Notes under the pieces: model-generated
The model's database searches: none
What the model saw: only the letters and a program-made list of their open reading frames with translations
Told to the model about the DNA's origin: nothing
Origin: Mizuhopecten yessoensis
Taxonomy: Eukaryota
Assembly (NCBI RefSeq): GCF_002113885.1
Contig: NW_018404512.1
Location: 1,071,642-1,135,641 of the forward strand
DNA: 64,000 bases
Direction of reading: 5' to 3'
Made by a program: the position numbers and the translations under genes
Shown here: piece by piece, positions 26,850-39,817 of the stretch
Layout of the letters: each line of letters starts with the position of its first letter
How positions within the stretch are numbered: position 1 is the stretch's first letter

Positions 26850-29800
26850 ACGGTCTTGTGAGCATACACCTCTTTAAGTACAGCTATTTAGTAACCAGAC
26901 TCGGGATTGTGAACATAAATATCTTTAGGTACAGCGGACTTTTACTCATATTCCTCTTGTACTGCAACGGTCTCAGGAGATACACCTCTTTTTGTACAGT
27001 GGTCTACAGAACATACTTGTCTCTTAGTACAACGTCCGGTGAGCATATTCTACTCTTAGTAAACGTCTGGTGAGCATACTTTACTATCAGGATTGCCCTG
27101 GTGAGTGTAATCTCCTTCTAGTACAACAGTTTGGTGAATAAATGTAACTCCTAGAACAGAGTAGTATAAGTAAACAGTCTCCTCTCATATTATAGCGATC
27201 CTGTAATCATACCTTTCCCTTTGTACATCAGTCTAGTGAGTATACATCTCTCTTAATACAGCAGTCTAATAAGTAAACGTCTCTCTTAATACAGCAGACT
27301 AGTGAGTATACGCCTCTCTGAATACAGCGGTCTAGTGAGTATACGTCTCTCTTAATACAGCAGTCTAGTGAGTATACGTTTCTCTTAATACAGTAGTCTT
27401 GTGAGTATATGCCTCTCTTAATAGGCAGTCTAGTTAGTAAACGTCTCTCTTAATACAGCAGTCCAGTGAGAATACGTCTCTCCTAATACAGCAGTCCAGT
27501 GAGTATATTTCTCTCTTAATACAGCAGTCCAGTGAGTATACGCTTCTCTTAATACAGTAGTCTTGTGAGTATACGCCTCTCTTAATAGGCAGTCTAGTTA
27601 GTAAACGTCTCGCATAATACATCAGTCCCGTGAGTATACGTCTCCCTTAATACAGCAGTCTAGTGAGTATACGTCTCTCTTTATACAGCAGTCTAGTGAG
27701 TGTACGTATCTCTTAATACAGCAGTCCCGTGAGTATACATCTCTCTTAATACAGCAATCTAGTGTGTGTACATCTCTCTTAATAAAGCAGTCTAGAGAGT
27801 ATACGTCTCTCTTAATACAGCAGTTCAGTGAGTATTCGTCTCCCTTAATACAGCAGTTTAGTGAGTAAACGTCTTTCTTAATACATCAGTCCAGTAAGTA
27901 TACGTCTCTTTTAATACAGCAGTCTAGTGAGTATACGTCTCTCCTAATACAGCAGTCTAGTGAGTATACGTCTCTCTTAATACATCAGTCCAGTGAGTAT
28001 ACGTCTCTTTTAATAAAGCAGTCAAGTGAGTAAACCTCTCTTGATACATCAGTCTGGTGAGTATACGTCTCTCTTAATACAGCAGTTTAGAGAGTAAACC
28101 TCTCTTGATACATCAGTCTGGTGAGTATAAGTCTCTCTTAATACAGCAGTCTGGTGAGTATACGTCTCCCTTAATACAGCAGTCTAGTGAGTATACGTCT
28201 TCCTTAATACAGCAGTCTAGTGAGTGTACGTCTCTCTTAATACAGCGGTCTAGTGAGTAGACGTCTCTCTTAATACAGCAGTCTGGTGAGTGTACGTCTC
28301 TCTTAATACAGCAGTCTAGTGAGTGTACGTCTCTCTTAATCCAGCAGGCTAGTGAGTATACGTCTCTCTTAATACAGCAGTCTAGTGAGTATACGCCTCT
28401 CTTAATACAGCAGTCTAGTGAGTGTACGTCTCTCTTAATACATCAGTCTATTGAGTGTACGTCTCTCTTAATACAGCAGTCTAGTGCGTGTACGTCTCTC
28501 TTAATACAGCAGTCTAGTGAGGATACGTCTCTTTTAATACAGCAGTCTAGTGAGTAAACGTCTCTCCTAGTGAGTATACGTCTTCCTTAATACAGCAGTC
28601 TAGTGAGTGTACGTCTCTCTTAATCCAGCAGGCTAGTGAGTATACGTCTCTCTTAATACAGCAGTCTAGTGAGTATACGTCTCTTTTAATACAGCAGTCT
28701 AGTGAGTATACGTCTCTCTTAATACAGCAGTCTAGTGAGTGTACGTCTCTCTTAATACAGCAGTCTAGTGAGTATACGTCTCTTTTAATACAGCAGTCTA
28801 GTGAGTATACGTCTCTCTTAATACAGAAATCTATTGAGTATACGTCTCTCCTAATACATCAGTCTAGTCTGTAAACGTCTCTCTTAATACATCAGTCAGT
28901 GAGTATACGTCTCTCTTAATACAGCAGTCTAGTGAGTATACGTCTCTCTTAATACATCAGTCTAGTGAGTGTACGTCTCTTTTAATACAGCAGTCAAGTG
29001 AGTATACATCTCTCTTAATACAGCAGTCCAATCAGTATACGTCTCTCTTAATACATCAGTCTAGTGAGTATACGTCTCTTTTAATAAAGCAGTCTAGTGA
29101 GTAAACGTCTCTCTGGATAAATCAGTCTAGTGAGTATACGTCTCTCTTAGTACAGCAGTCTAGTGAGTAAACGTCTCTCTGGATAAATCAGTCTGGTGAG
29201 TATACGTCTCTCTTAATACATCAGTCTAGTGAGTAAACGTCTCTCTTAATACATCAGTCCAGTGAGTATACGTCTCTTTTAATAAAGCAGTCTAGTGAGT
29301 AAACGTCTCTCTGGATAAATCAGTCTAGTGAGTATACGTCTCTCTTAATACAGTAGTCTAGTGAGTAAACGTCTCTTTTAATAAAGCAGTCTAGTGAGTA
29401 AACGTCTCTCTTAATACATCAGTCCAGTGAGTATACTCCTCTCTTAATACGGCAGTCTAGTGAGTATACGTCTCTCTCAATACAGCGGTCCAGTGAGTAA
29501 ACCTCTCTGTTAATAAATAATTACAGTGAGTAAACGTCTCTTTTGATACAGCAGTCTAGTGAGTAAACGTCTCTCTTGATACATCAGTCTGGTGAGTATA
29601 CGTCTCTCTTAATACAGCAGTCTAGTGAGTAAACGTCTCTCTTGATACATCAGTCTGGTGAGTATGCGTCTCTCTTGATACAGCAGTCTAGTGAGTAACG
29701 TATCTCTTGATACATCAGTCTGGTGAGTATACGTCTCTCTTAATAAAGAATTATAGTGTGTACACGTCTCTTTTAAATACAGCAGTCTAGTCAGTATACG

Positions 29801-30290
29801 TCTTTCTTTATACAGCAGTCCAATGAGTATACTTCTCTCTTAATACGGCAGTTTAGTGACTATACGTCCCTTTTATACAGCAGTATAGTGCGTAAAGGTC
29901 TCTCTGAATACAGCAGTCCAGTGAGTATCCGTCTCTCTTAATACAGATTTCTTGTGAGTATGCGTCTCTTTTAATACAGCAGTCCAGTGAGTATACGTTT
30001 CTCTTAATACAGCAGTCTTGTGCTTATATGTATCTCTTAATACAGCAGTCTAGTGAGTATACGTCTCTTTTAATACATAGTTCTAGTGGATATAAATGTA
30101 CGTTTCTCTTATTACAACAGTCTAGTGAGTAAATGTATCACTCATTACAGCAGTTCAGTGAGTATACGTCCTTCTTAATACAGCAGTCTAGTGAATATAT
30201 GTATCTCTTAATACAGCAGTCTAGTGAGTAAACGTCTCTCTTAATACAGCAGTATAGTGAGTATAGGTCTCTCTAAATTCAGCAGTCTAT
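26850..30290. repeat. 33-bp minisatellite, ~90+ copies, with diverged edges
   Basis: Consensus agtctagtgagtatacgtctctcttaatacagc. Copies at 26850-27220 are barely recognisable. Confidence 0.97.
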
Positions 30291-30386
30291 TGATTATTCA
30301 AATGTAGCTTTAGAAGGGAAGGTACGTGTAGCTTTAGCAAAATTGAATAGTTCTTTTCGAGCTAAAAGGTGCGAGAAAAAATCAAT

Positions 30387-30850
30387 TACCTGTAACTGAG
30401 CGAGATCAGGTTATCTCAGTCTCGGGCTAAGATTCTGTAACTTACGCTTCGGTTGGAATTTTTGTTACATAATCTTAACCCTCGACCGAGATAACCCGAT
30501 CGCGCTCAGTTACAGGTGAAAGATTTTATTAGTCTCATCAAAGCCTTACTAAACGCCTGGTCTTGTCTCATGTCAGCCTTCCTGAGCACCTCGTTTTGTC
30601 TCATTATAGCCTTCCTGAAAACCTTCTTGCCTCATGTCAGCCTTCCTGAGCACCTTGTCTTGTCCTATGACAGCCTTCCTGAATACCTGATAGTTTCTCT
30701 GTATTCGGTGGTTTTGCGGTGTATTTCAATTATATTGAGTGTCTTCAGGCATTTTGTTATTTTTTTTCAATATGAATAGGTAGATATCAACCGTTTCTTC
30801 ATTTCATTGTATAGGGCTTACATACAAATTAATTGGTTAACTGATAAAGT
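30387..30850 (+). mobile_element. Hairpin-headed element (~130-bp palindrome + short distal IR)
   Basis: acctgtaactgagcgagatcaggttatctc...gagataacccgatcgcgctcagttacaggt spans 30388-30517. tttattagt (~30524) pairs imperfectly with actgataaa (~30840). Confidence 0.55.
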
Positions 30851-31061
30851 CTATTTTAACACTCTCCCATAGTGTTAAACAGCTCGTACTATGTACACAC
30901 CATGTTATTTAGATAGATAATCCTTATATAAAAAAGGTTCATATGACAGCATTCAGTTATGATTTGCACTTGTTGCCTTGATTTTGTATTCAGTTACCGC
31001 TCATCATAACTCACCAGTGCAATGTCATTACACCAGCGTGTTTTCACTAGACATAGAACCT

Positions 31062-31730
31062 AGAAGTACATGCCACAATCGAGGGAAGTACATGCCACAG
31101 TCGAGGGAAGTACATACCACAGTCGACGGAAGTACATGCCACAGTCGAGGGAAGTACATGCCACAGTCGAGGGAATTACATGCCACAGTTGAAGGTACAT
31201 TGTAGTACATGTCACAGGTTACGGTAGTATATGCCACAGTTGAGGGAAGTACATGCCACAATCGAGGGAAGTATATGCCACAGTTGAGGGAAGTACATGC
31301 CACAGTCGAGGGAAGTAAATGCCACAGTCGAGGGAAGTACATGCCACAGTCGAGGGAATTACATGCCACAGTTGAAGGGACATTGTAGTACATGTCACAG
31401 GTTACGGTAGTATATGCCCCAGTTGAGGGAATTACATGCCACAATCGAGGGAAGTACATGCCACAGCCGAGGGAAGTACATGCCCCAGTGGAGGGAAGTA
31501 CATGCCACAATCGAGGGAAGTACATGCCACAGTCGAGGGAAGTACATGTCACAGTCGAGGGAATTACATGCCACAGTTGAAGGTACATTGTAGTACATGT
31601 CACAGGTGACGGTAGTATATGCCACAGTTGAGGGAAGTACATGCCACTGTCGAAGGTAGTACATGCCACAGATGAGGGTAGTACATGCCACAGTCGAGGG
31701 TAGTATATGCCACAGATGACGGTAGTACGT
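31062..31730. repeat. 22-bp minisatellite with higher-order structure
   Basis: Unit gaagtacatgccacagtcgagg. A variant block recurs at ~31191, 31374 and 31579. Confidence 0.95.
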
Positions 31731-32701
31731 GCATATGTATGTCAAAGTTGATTTGCTGTTCTTAGATTTTTAAAATATCAGCATGTTTTTAATACATTTG
31801 TTTGACAAATGCATGTACACAGCGTAGCAATAGATTGCTATCAGATATTTCCCATCGACGCTGAGGAACGTTTACGGTCAAATTGATGACCTGATTTCCA
31901 TGTCTGTATTTTTCACTGTATATAGATTAATTGCGAGCTGCATTAGTCTGAAGGTTCTCTTTAAACGTTTGATTGTTGGGGATATTCCGAACGACCTCCA
32001 TAGGATCTTTTTTAATGCAAATTTTCCTGGACACTTTCATGTATATCGGAGCATCTCTTTATACTCTCCATACAGAGATGGATTATTTGTTAATCTATGA
32101 CATTTTTTTAAGGTTGACGGTAACAACACAGGAAGAAGAGGCCGGACATTGCACGTTGAAGGTTAAATGGCCTTTATCAGTGCAGACTCATCATTTAAAT
32201 TGCCTTGATCAGAGCAGACTCATCAGTTAACCGACACAAGGATATATGAAGAAGAAAGGCTTATCTTGAAAACTGTCAGTGCCTTAACAAAAGATGGTGT
32301 ATATAAGGTATGTATAGTCAGCCATCACTAAAACATCTATCTTCTTTTGAAAGAGATGTCACCAAAATATTGACAAGATATTGATCCACTACGCCCACCT
32401 TATATGTGTAAGTGATTAAAAATATGGTCTATTACAGAAAGATACGAGTCAACCATTGATAAACGTTTGTGATGACTTTAATGTGTAACTTGTTATTTAA
32501 TAACCAAGTTGCTATGTAAAAAAAACTCAGCGGTTGATATATTGGTTACAACTTAAAAATATCAGTTGAACCTGTGAAACCGTTAATTTCAAGTTGTAGT
32601 CTTTATGATTGTCACAAATCGACAGCAACCTCTTGTATACTGAAACAAAAATGAAAATAACATTAAGAAGCCATACAATCATCAGTTAGGCAGGCTTAGC
32701 G

Positions 32702-32890
32702 ACATCCTCGATATCCCTGGCTAAGGGTCATGTTCACTTGCGCCTAAAATATGTCATAGGAAAATTTAAAGCGCGCGGCTAGCTAAATGTATTTGATTTG
32801 TAAAAAACACCTGACCAATGACAAGGCAGGTAACTGTCTTCTAAAGATCACATAGGAGCGACGTTCAACTTCAAAACAAGTCAATTTTAC
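32702..32890 (+). repeat. Dispersed repeat fragment, homologous to 44490-44660
   Basis: Shared segments catcctcgat..., aatatgtcatag.aaaatt.aa, acctgaccaat, gat.aca.aggag.gacg....acttcaaaac...attttac. Confidence 0.7.
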
Positions 32891-33959
32891 CGCTACGGGA
32901 CAGTGAGATTCTTTTGATGAACATATTAAAGGATCAAACTAATTTTCTTGTTTTATCATCAAGGTGGCGCACATTGAGCCTTCGAATTTGCTATGACATA
33001 TTTCTGGGGTCCAGAGAGCGTAAATGACCGTAACCCTGAGGACCTCTCCCGAGTGTCCGTTCTATGTGGCAAATCTATTTGATGACGTGGATGATATGTA
33101 CGGGACACATGAAACACTTTTAAGATAAGGTCATCGATGATCAAAAACCACTGAAACAAAGCTACCTGGGTGTAAGCCAAACCTTCCATCCTACATGAAT
33201 TATTCATATAGGAATATTATTTAAAAAATATGCCAAGCTAGAAATGTAAACAATCGAAAAAAAAGACCAGATTGAAAGATTTCAAAACCAAACCCAAAGG
33301 AGATTCAATTATGATATAATATAAAATGATATGTTATGGGAAAATGTTGGGGAGTACCAAAGTCTTATTACCTTTTACTCACCAAAAACTCTTTCCTGTC
33401 ACAAAAATATTTTGTTACGAATAAAATAAAACAAATAAAATATTAATACATTTGTATTTGACCCGAACACTGTTTGTGAGAAATTAGCAGTTTATTTGTA
33501 GATATTGTATGAAATATTGGTATAAATATATATGATATAAAACAGACAGGAATGAACACCGACAAAGTATCAGCGTGATCAGGTAAAATAACCTTTCACT
33601 GTGAATATGTCAATGAAAAGCAAGAACTAACCAGTATTAATCAACTCAATGTTTAAAAACAAACAGATGGAAATGATATACCAACTATAGTTGCGTATCC
33701 AGCCTTGGTCAAACCTATATGTGCACAGACAAAGAAGTTATTTTCTACTGGCACATAAAGGTATACAATTTACACGAACTTGTAAAAAATGAACCGTTGC
33801 TAGTGGAGAAAAAAAAACATCGTTCTGTTAGCATTTTAACCATTTTATCAAACACAGGAAAGCTTACTGAGCAATCAGCTAAACATTCACGTAAATGCTA
33901 TTGACAGTTTAGGCCATTCGGGAATTATTTGGTTGTCAAACTTGCATAGAAATTTTGAT

Positions 33960-34215
33960 GAAATTCAAACATTTTTCACGGGATATCGCACAGAAACCAT
34001 GTGACGTTTCAAAAAAGGCAAGATGGCCGCTGGTGGCAATGCCTGTTCATAATCATCATTGGTACGGTATGTTTCACAATCGAAATTGAGTGGAACTAAT
34101 TATTCCAATGCACATGTAGAAACTTAAGGCCTTCAAGGGCTATTGCATGGAATCGTTCGCGCGGACGACGACGCCGACAGAGTGCTATGCCTCATTTGCA
34201 TCCCAGGCGACAAAA
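33960..34215 (+). mobile_element. Probable non-autonomous Helitron/Helentron (HINE-like) end
   Basis: aagatggccgc core motif, a short gacgacgacgccgac microsatellite, a small hairpin (gcct...aggc) and an acaaaa end. Family call is inference. Confidence 0.4.
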
Positions 34216-35019
34216 TAGGTTACAGAAGAAGAGTTTCTAGACACTTTCGGTTGTATTTCTATATTAAAGCCGATATTGAACAACAAATGTTAGCCGACTC
34301 AGAAGGTTAAAGATTCAAGGGAAGGAGAGGCCGGACGTTAATAAACATAAGGTTCAAGTTGTGTGTAAAGAATGTGATCAATGTCTGGCCTAATGACAAT
34401 AAACATACATGTTTCCTCGTTGACACAGGTACAGTACAACGCAGTGTATTTAAAAAGAAACTACCAGGTAACCAGTTCAATCCACAATCTCAATTACATG
34501 TACAGTTCCCATGTGTTTTTCAGATATTGATTCCTCACACTTCCTTCTCTCTGTGTGTGAAAAGACGTTTAATGGAATAAGCGTGTACATTACAGATTCC
34601 AGCATCGACGTTTCAAAAGATTATTTTTTTTAATTGAAAAAAAACACATTGGCAAAACTTTTTTCTATTATTCTTTCACCTGCGGATTGATCAAACGAAA
34701 AGAATGTGTCTGTCGGGATACCTAGCCCAAGTGGTGTGCGCTGTATGAATAGGCATTTCAATACCATTAAAGACGTTGAAAGCATCAACATATTGAGCAT
34801 GTCGGGTGGAGGAGGTATGTCTGTCAAAGGTAGTTGATGACTTGTTCCGAGGTGTTTTGTCGTAAAGACTTATTTATTGTGATTATGACTTATGTCAAAC
34901 AATCGTCAGTGTGTCACATGTTGGTGTGAGATATTAAACTGTTACTGTGTCAGTCAAGAGGTTTTAATACATATGTATGTTACTGTATATTTCAACCGGA
35001 AGGTTCTAAACATTTAAAT

Positions 35020-35745
35020 GTGACAGTCAGTAGGTTTTTGACGTGGAGATGCGCAAGTCATAGGTTTTCAACGTATTTATGCGTCAGTATTTTACTGTTT
35101 AAATGTGTCGGTCAGTAGATTTTGATGATATTTTAATGCGTCCAGCATTAGGTTGGATCAAAGTTTTAATGCGTCAGTCAGAAGTTTGTTTATAATGTGT
35201 CATTGCGTCAGTTAATAGGTTTTCAATGCTTAATGCTCAGTCAGAAGGTTTTCCCAATGTTTGGAAAGGTTTTCAATATTTTAATACTAAAATGAATTGG
35301 GTTTTTTTCTGTGCTTTAATGCGTCAGTTGTGGGTTTTGTCATTGTTTTAACGCGTCAGTCAGAAGTCTTTTTGTTCAATGTTTTAATACGTCAGTAAAA
35401 ATATTTTCATTTTTCCAATGCGTCAAACTGAAGGCTTTTCCAATATTTCGAAAAGGTTTTCAATGTTTCAATGCTATAGTTAATATTTTGTTCAATGTTT
35501 TAATGCGTCAGTCAGTAGGTTTTTGTCAAAGTTTTAATACATCAGTTAAAAGGTTTTCAATGTTTCAAGGCGTCAGTAAATATGTATTTTTCAGTGTTTT
35601 ACTGCGTCCATCAGAAGGTAAATTCAATGTTTAAATACGTCACAAGCAATAGGTTTTCAATGTTTTGATATGTTAGTCAAAGGGTTTTCAATGTTTCACT
35701 GCGTCAAGCAATATGTTTGCAATACTCTGATGCATTAGTCATTAT
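35020..35745. repeat. Degenerate ~31-33-bp tandem repeat
   Basis: Recurrent aggttttcaatgttttaatgcgtcagtcag. Confidence 0.85.
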
Positions 35746-35880
35746 GTTTAAAATCCATATCAGATCCTTCTGCGGCACATTAAATGAAAGGAACAAAACC
35801 TTAGTTCTTACTTAAAAATCGAGTTTCCAAAAATATACGGTTTTAAGACATTAAAAGACATTGGTCTAAAATAAGGACTG

Positions 35881-36460
35881 TGTTACTAGTTAAAATTGGG
35901 CATAGGTACCAAATGTGTCGTTCTGGGAAGTTGTACAAGCGGAACATGCGCCCACAGCATTTTTTTCTGAAGTAGTTTGGATACCATTTAAGATAATACA
36001 AATCGATTTCGAGATCTCTATCTAGAATAGGTGAAAAATGCGAAAGCTACACGGTTCTTCTTTGTCTTACTTACAAAATAAAAATTCAACGCGATATACC
36101 CCAGGCAGTTATTCACCGATTCTTAAGCAGTTGGTCTCGTCTGAAAGTTCGTAATATTGACTTTCAAAACATACCCTGTTTTACGACATTGGTCCATCAA
36201 TAAGGAGTTTGGACCATTTTGAAAATCCTTCTTTGTTACTAGTTAGTAGGCATAGGTACCAAATGTGTTTTTCTTGGAACCTGTACAAGTGGAGCATGCG
36301 CACGCAGAATTTATCTGAAGTAGTTTGGATACCAATTAAGATAATACAAAACAATTTCGAGATCTCTATCTAATGTAGGTGTAAAATGCGAAAGCTACAC
36401 GGTTCTTCTATGTTCTTTCTTAAAATACAAATAAATTCCAGTGCGATATACCCGAGGCAT
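35881..36460. repeat. ~350-bp tandem duplication (1.6 units)
   Basis: 35881-36110 is repeated at 36234-36460 (ggcataggtaccaaatgtgt...tctgaagtagtttggatacc...aaatgcgaaagctacacggttcttc). Confidence 0.9.
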
Positions 36461-36793
36461 TTACATTGTACAAAAAGGTTTAACGGTAAAGTTAGTGCAT
36501 TTTAGCTTATATAAGAAATGATTTAGAAAAGCCAGCTTGTAATCTGGATTACTATGTTGCATGTATGTAAAACACTATACAAATATATAAGGTACGTACG
36601 ATTAATTTGTTTTATTGCACGTATTATCAATAATACTTGATAATTGTACAATTTGGGAAAACAAATTAACAACAATATTTCAATGTGCTCTGAATAAACT
36701 GGATACTGTCCGATCCGGACCTTTTATCTTAACCGGTAAATTTGTTTGGAGTTATAGTAATTTACTCTGGCTTATCCAGACGCAGTCTGTTTT

Positions 36794-37157
36794 TGTAAAC
36801 CGGCCTTGTTTCCCGGACTTATGCCTTCTATTTTCTAGTAAAAAATATTATCTGTAAACCGGCCTTGTTTTCCAGTCTTATGCTTTCTATTTTCTAGTAA
36901 ATATTATTATCTGTAAACCGGCCTTGTTTTCCAGTCTTATGCCTTCTATTTTCTAGTAAATATTATTATTTGTAAACCGGCCTTGTTTTCCAGTCTTATG
37001 CCTTCTATTTTTCTAGTAAATATTATTATCTGTAAACCGGCCTTGTTTTCCAGTCTTATGCCTTCTATTTACTAGTAAATATTATTATCTGTAAACCGGC
37101 CTTGTTTTCCTGTCGTATGCCTTCTATTTACTAGTACATTTCTAAACTGTAAACCGG
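36794..37157. repeat. 59-bp minisatellite, ~6 copies
   Basis: Unit tgtaaaccggccttgttttccagtcttatgccttctattttctagtaaatattattatc. Confidence 0.95.
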
Positions 37158-39817
37158 CACCGGATATTATTCTGGTGTAGTGCTGATGTTTATACAGTCC
37201 TAATTACTTTACATCTTACCCAGGTACAATGTTAATATGCTAGATGAACACCTGATCACTTTTTATCTATTATAATACTTAACTTGACTTTTGTCATTGT
37301 GACGTGTGATGTGTTTGGTTTGACGTAGAGTAAAAAAACATCCGTACCAATTCTTTGCATACTTGAAAAAGAAAACATCTCTTTCACATATGCATTCTTT
37401 TTTTTGTTGTTACTTTGTTCATTCAGAAATGATATCTATACATCTGTAAATCCTGCAACGACCTCTTTTCAGTACTCTGTGCAGCGTGCGCGTCAGCTTG
37501 TTTAAAACGGTGTTCTAATAAGTGCAGGGCTACTGAACTGGCAGTAGTAAGTAAAAGGAAGTGGAAGTGTTACATGTTTTATATGGTAATTTATTTGTAG
37601 ATAGTAACGTTTCAGGATAAAAGATAAACTATTTGAAGTTAAAACAGGGGTGGCTTGCTAGGGTCTAGGCAAGCTGACAACGCTAACAGCCGCCTTGATA
37701 GAATCAATAGTAGAAGAGGTAATTATGTCTGGAGGTAGAGCGTTCCACTGGACACGGGCTAGGGGAAAGAATTAATATTTATAATAGTCTTTAGTTGTTG
37801 GTATCTGTGTGTATGAATGTTGATGAGCATTTCTGGATTATCTCAATGGATGCTGTATGTATTGCGGCATTGACATATAAACCAACTGATATAAAACCTT
37901 GTAAAACAGACACAACCTGTCCACTGACAGCCTGTGTTGGAGAGTTTGCCCACCCAGACTCACCAATATGTCGGAGACACTCGAAAGAGGGGTATGGCCA
38001 CGCTAAACTCACGTGCTGTTCTGTGGTGGACTATCTCTGATTGGTAAGTACGCTGTTGTGTTGGCGGATCCCAGACACAGGCTGAATACTATAACTGGGG
38101 ACGAACTAGGGTCGTTTACGCCGTACTACTAATTTTCTCGTTCTTTACCGTCAAGTTCCTTTTTAAAAACCCTCATGACCTATTAACTACTCACCCGATT
38201 TACATGTTTATTCCACGTAACGTTGTGTGAAATATCAACTCCAATGTATTTTTCGTGTGGAACAGTTTCTAAAGTTTGGTTGTTAAGTACGTAACTTGAT
38301 AGAATAGGGTTTTTTACCTTGTAAGTTGTATGAACTGACATTTACTGGGGTTAAAATCCATATTCCAGGTATTTTCCCAGACTTGCAAATGTTCAAGGTC
38401 TTCTCGGAATATGGCTGCATCATTGATATTGCAAAGGGACAAATATAATGCGGTATCATCCGCAAAAAGACGGACCTATGATGTTATATGGTCAGGGAGG
38501 TCATTAATAAAGGCTAAAAAACAAGATCGGACCGTATACTGACCCCTGGGGTACACCGGATGTTTTCTTGACCTTTGACGATGTATCACCCTCCAGGATA
38601 TCCTGCTGGTACCTGTCTGAGAGAAAGCCTCTGAGCCACTGGAGGTTGTGTCCCTTTACTCCGTACTGTTGTAATTTGTATAATAACTTAGAATGATTAA
38701 CTTTATGAAATGCCTTGCTTAAATCCAATACAACCACGTCTGTTTTCTTACTTATATGTACATTTCTTGCAAGGTCTTCTGTTAACAGGACTAGCTGTGT
38801 TTCGCATGAACGTTTTTATCTTAATCCATTTTGAAGGTCATACATGATGCTATTGTTATGAAATGTTGTACCAAGTTGTAGGCGATGACGTTTTTTAACA
38901 CATTACATGGGATACAAGTACATTGTAAGTGAGATCGGACGGTAGTTAGACGTTTTATTTTTCTCACCTTTTTTGAAGAGTGGTGCAACATTTGCTGATT
39001 CCATGGAGGAGGGAGTTGACCACTTTGGTATGACATTGCAAATACTACCTGCAATATAGGGGTCAATGTGTGATGGAGCTCTCTCAGGACTAGGTGCTTT
39101 ATAGAGTCTGGTCTAGCTGCCTTGTTCGGGTTGAGGTTTTTGAATAACTTATCAATGCCTGGGATCAAAAAAGAAATATCTGCCATTAGTTCATACTAAC
39201 CTGTACAGGCTGTAGGAACTGTCTGTGGATTAAGGTTTTTATTATACAACATATTAGCTACTCCCTGCTGCTGGCATAGATGTTTCAAGCTCAGTGGGTC
39301 ATTTGGCTTGAACACGGATTGAAATTGTTTTTTTTAAATATTAGCCTTGTCAATGTTACCTGTGTAAAGGAGTCCATCTCTTTGTATTGGTCCAATACCG
39401 TGTGCGTCCTGCCTGCTTAATTTTAAGAAGCTGAATAGGTTTTTGGTTGATTAGGATTTTCTGTTTCTAGTATAACGAGGAGTTCTTTGAGGTTTCTGTT
39501 ATGTGATGTTTCGATTAATTTCTGAGTTAGCCGGTTTATGGTGCAAAAAGTTATTTAGTCTCTTACCATCCGAGACTCCCTGTACTTGTAGTACAGACTG
39601 TCTCTTTTCCGGATATGTCTCCTGATCTCCTGCGTTATACACGGACGAGTTCTTGGATCCTACCATTTTTGCTGGGATAGCTTCATCAATACCGGTGTTG
39701 AGTTCTGAGATAAGCTATAAACAGAGACCCCGTGGTGTTAAAGTGGTGGTTCTTAATGAAGTCTGATTGAAACGACTTCATTCTTACCCTAAGTTTACCC
39801 CTGTCTGCCTTTTTATT

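Noticed and set aside
27220-30290. CRISPR-like appearance of the 33-bp array (also the 42-, 44- and 88-bp arrays)
   Set aside because: Units are head-to-tail with no unique spacers, there are no cas genes, and the context is eukaryotic intron/exon sequence.
30978-31745. Cys/His-rich ORFs up to 213 aa resembling zinc-finger or metallothionein proteins
   Set aside because: They are artefacts of the 22-bp minisatellite.
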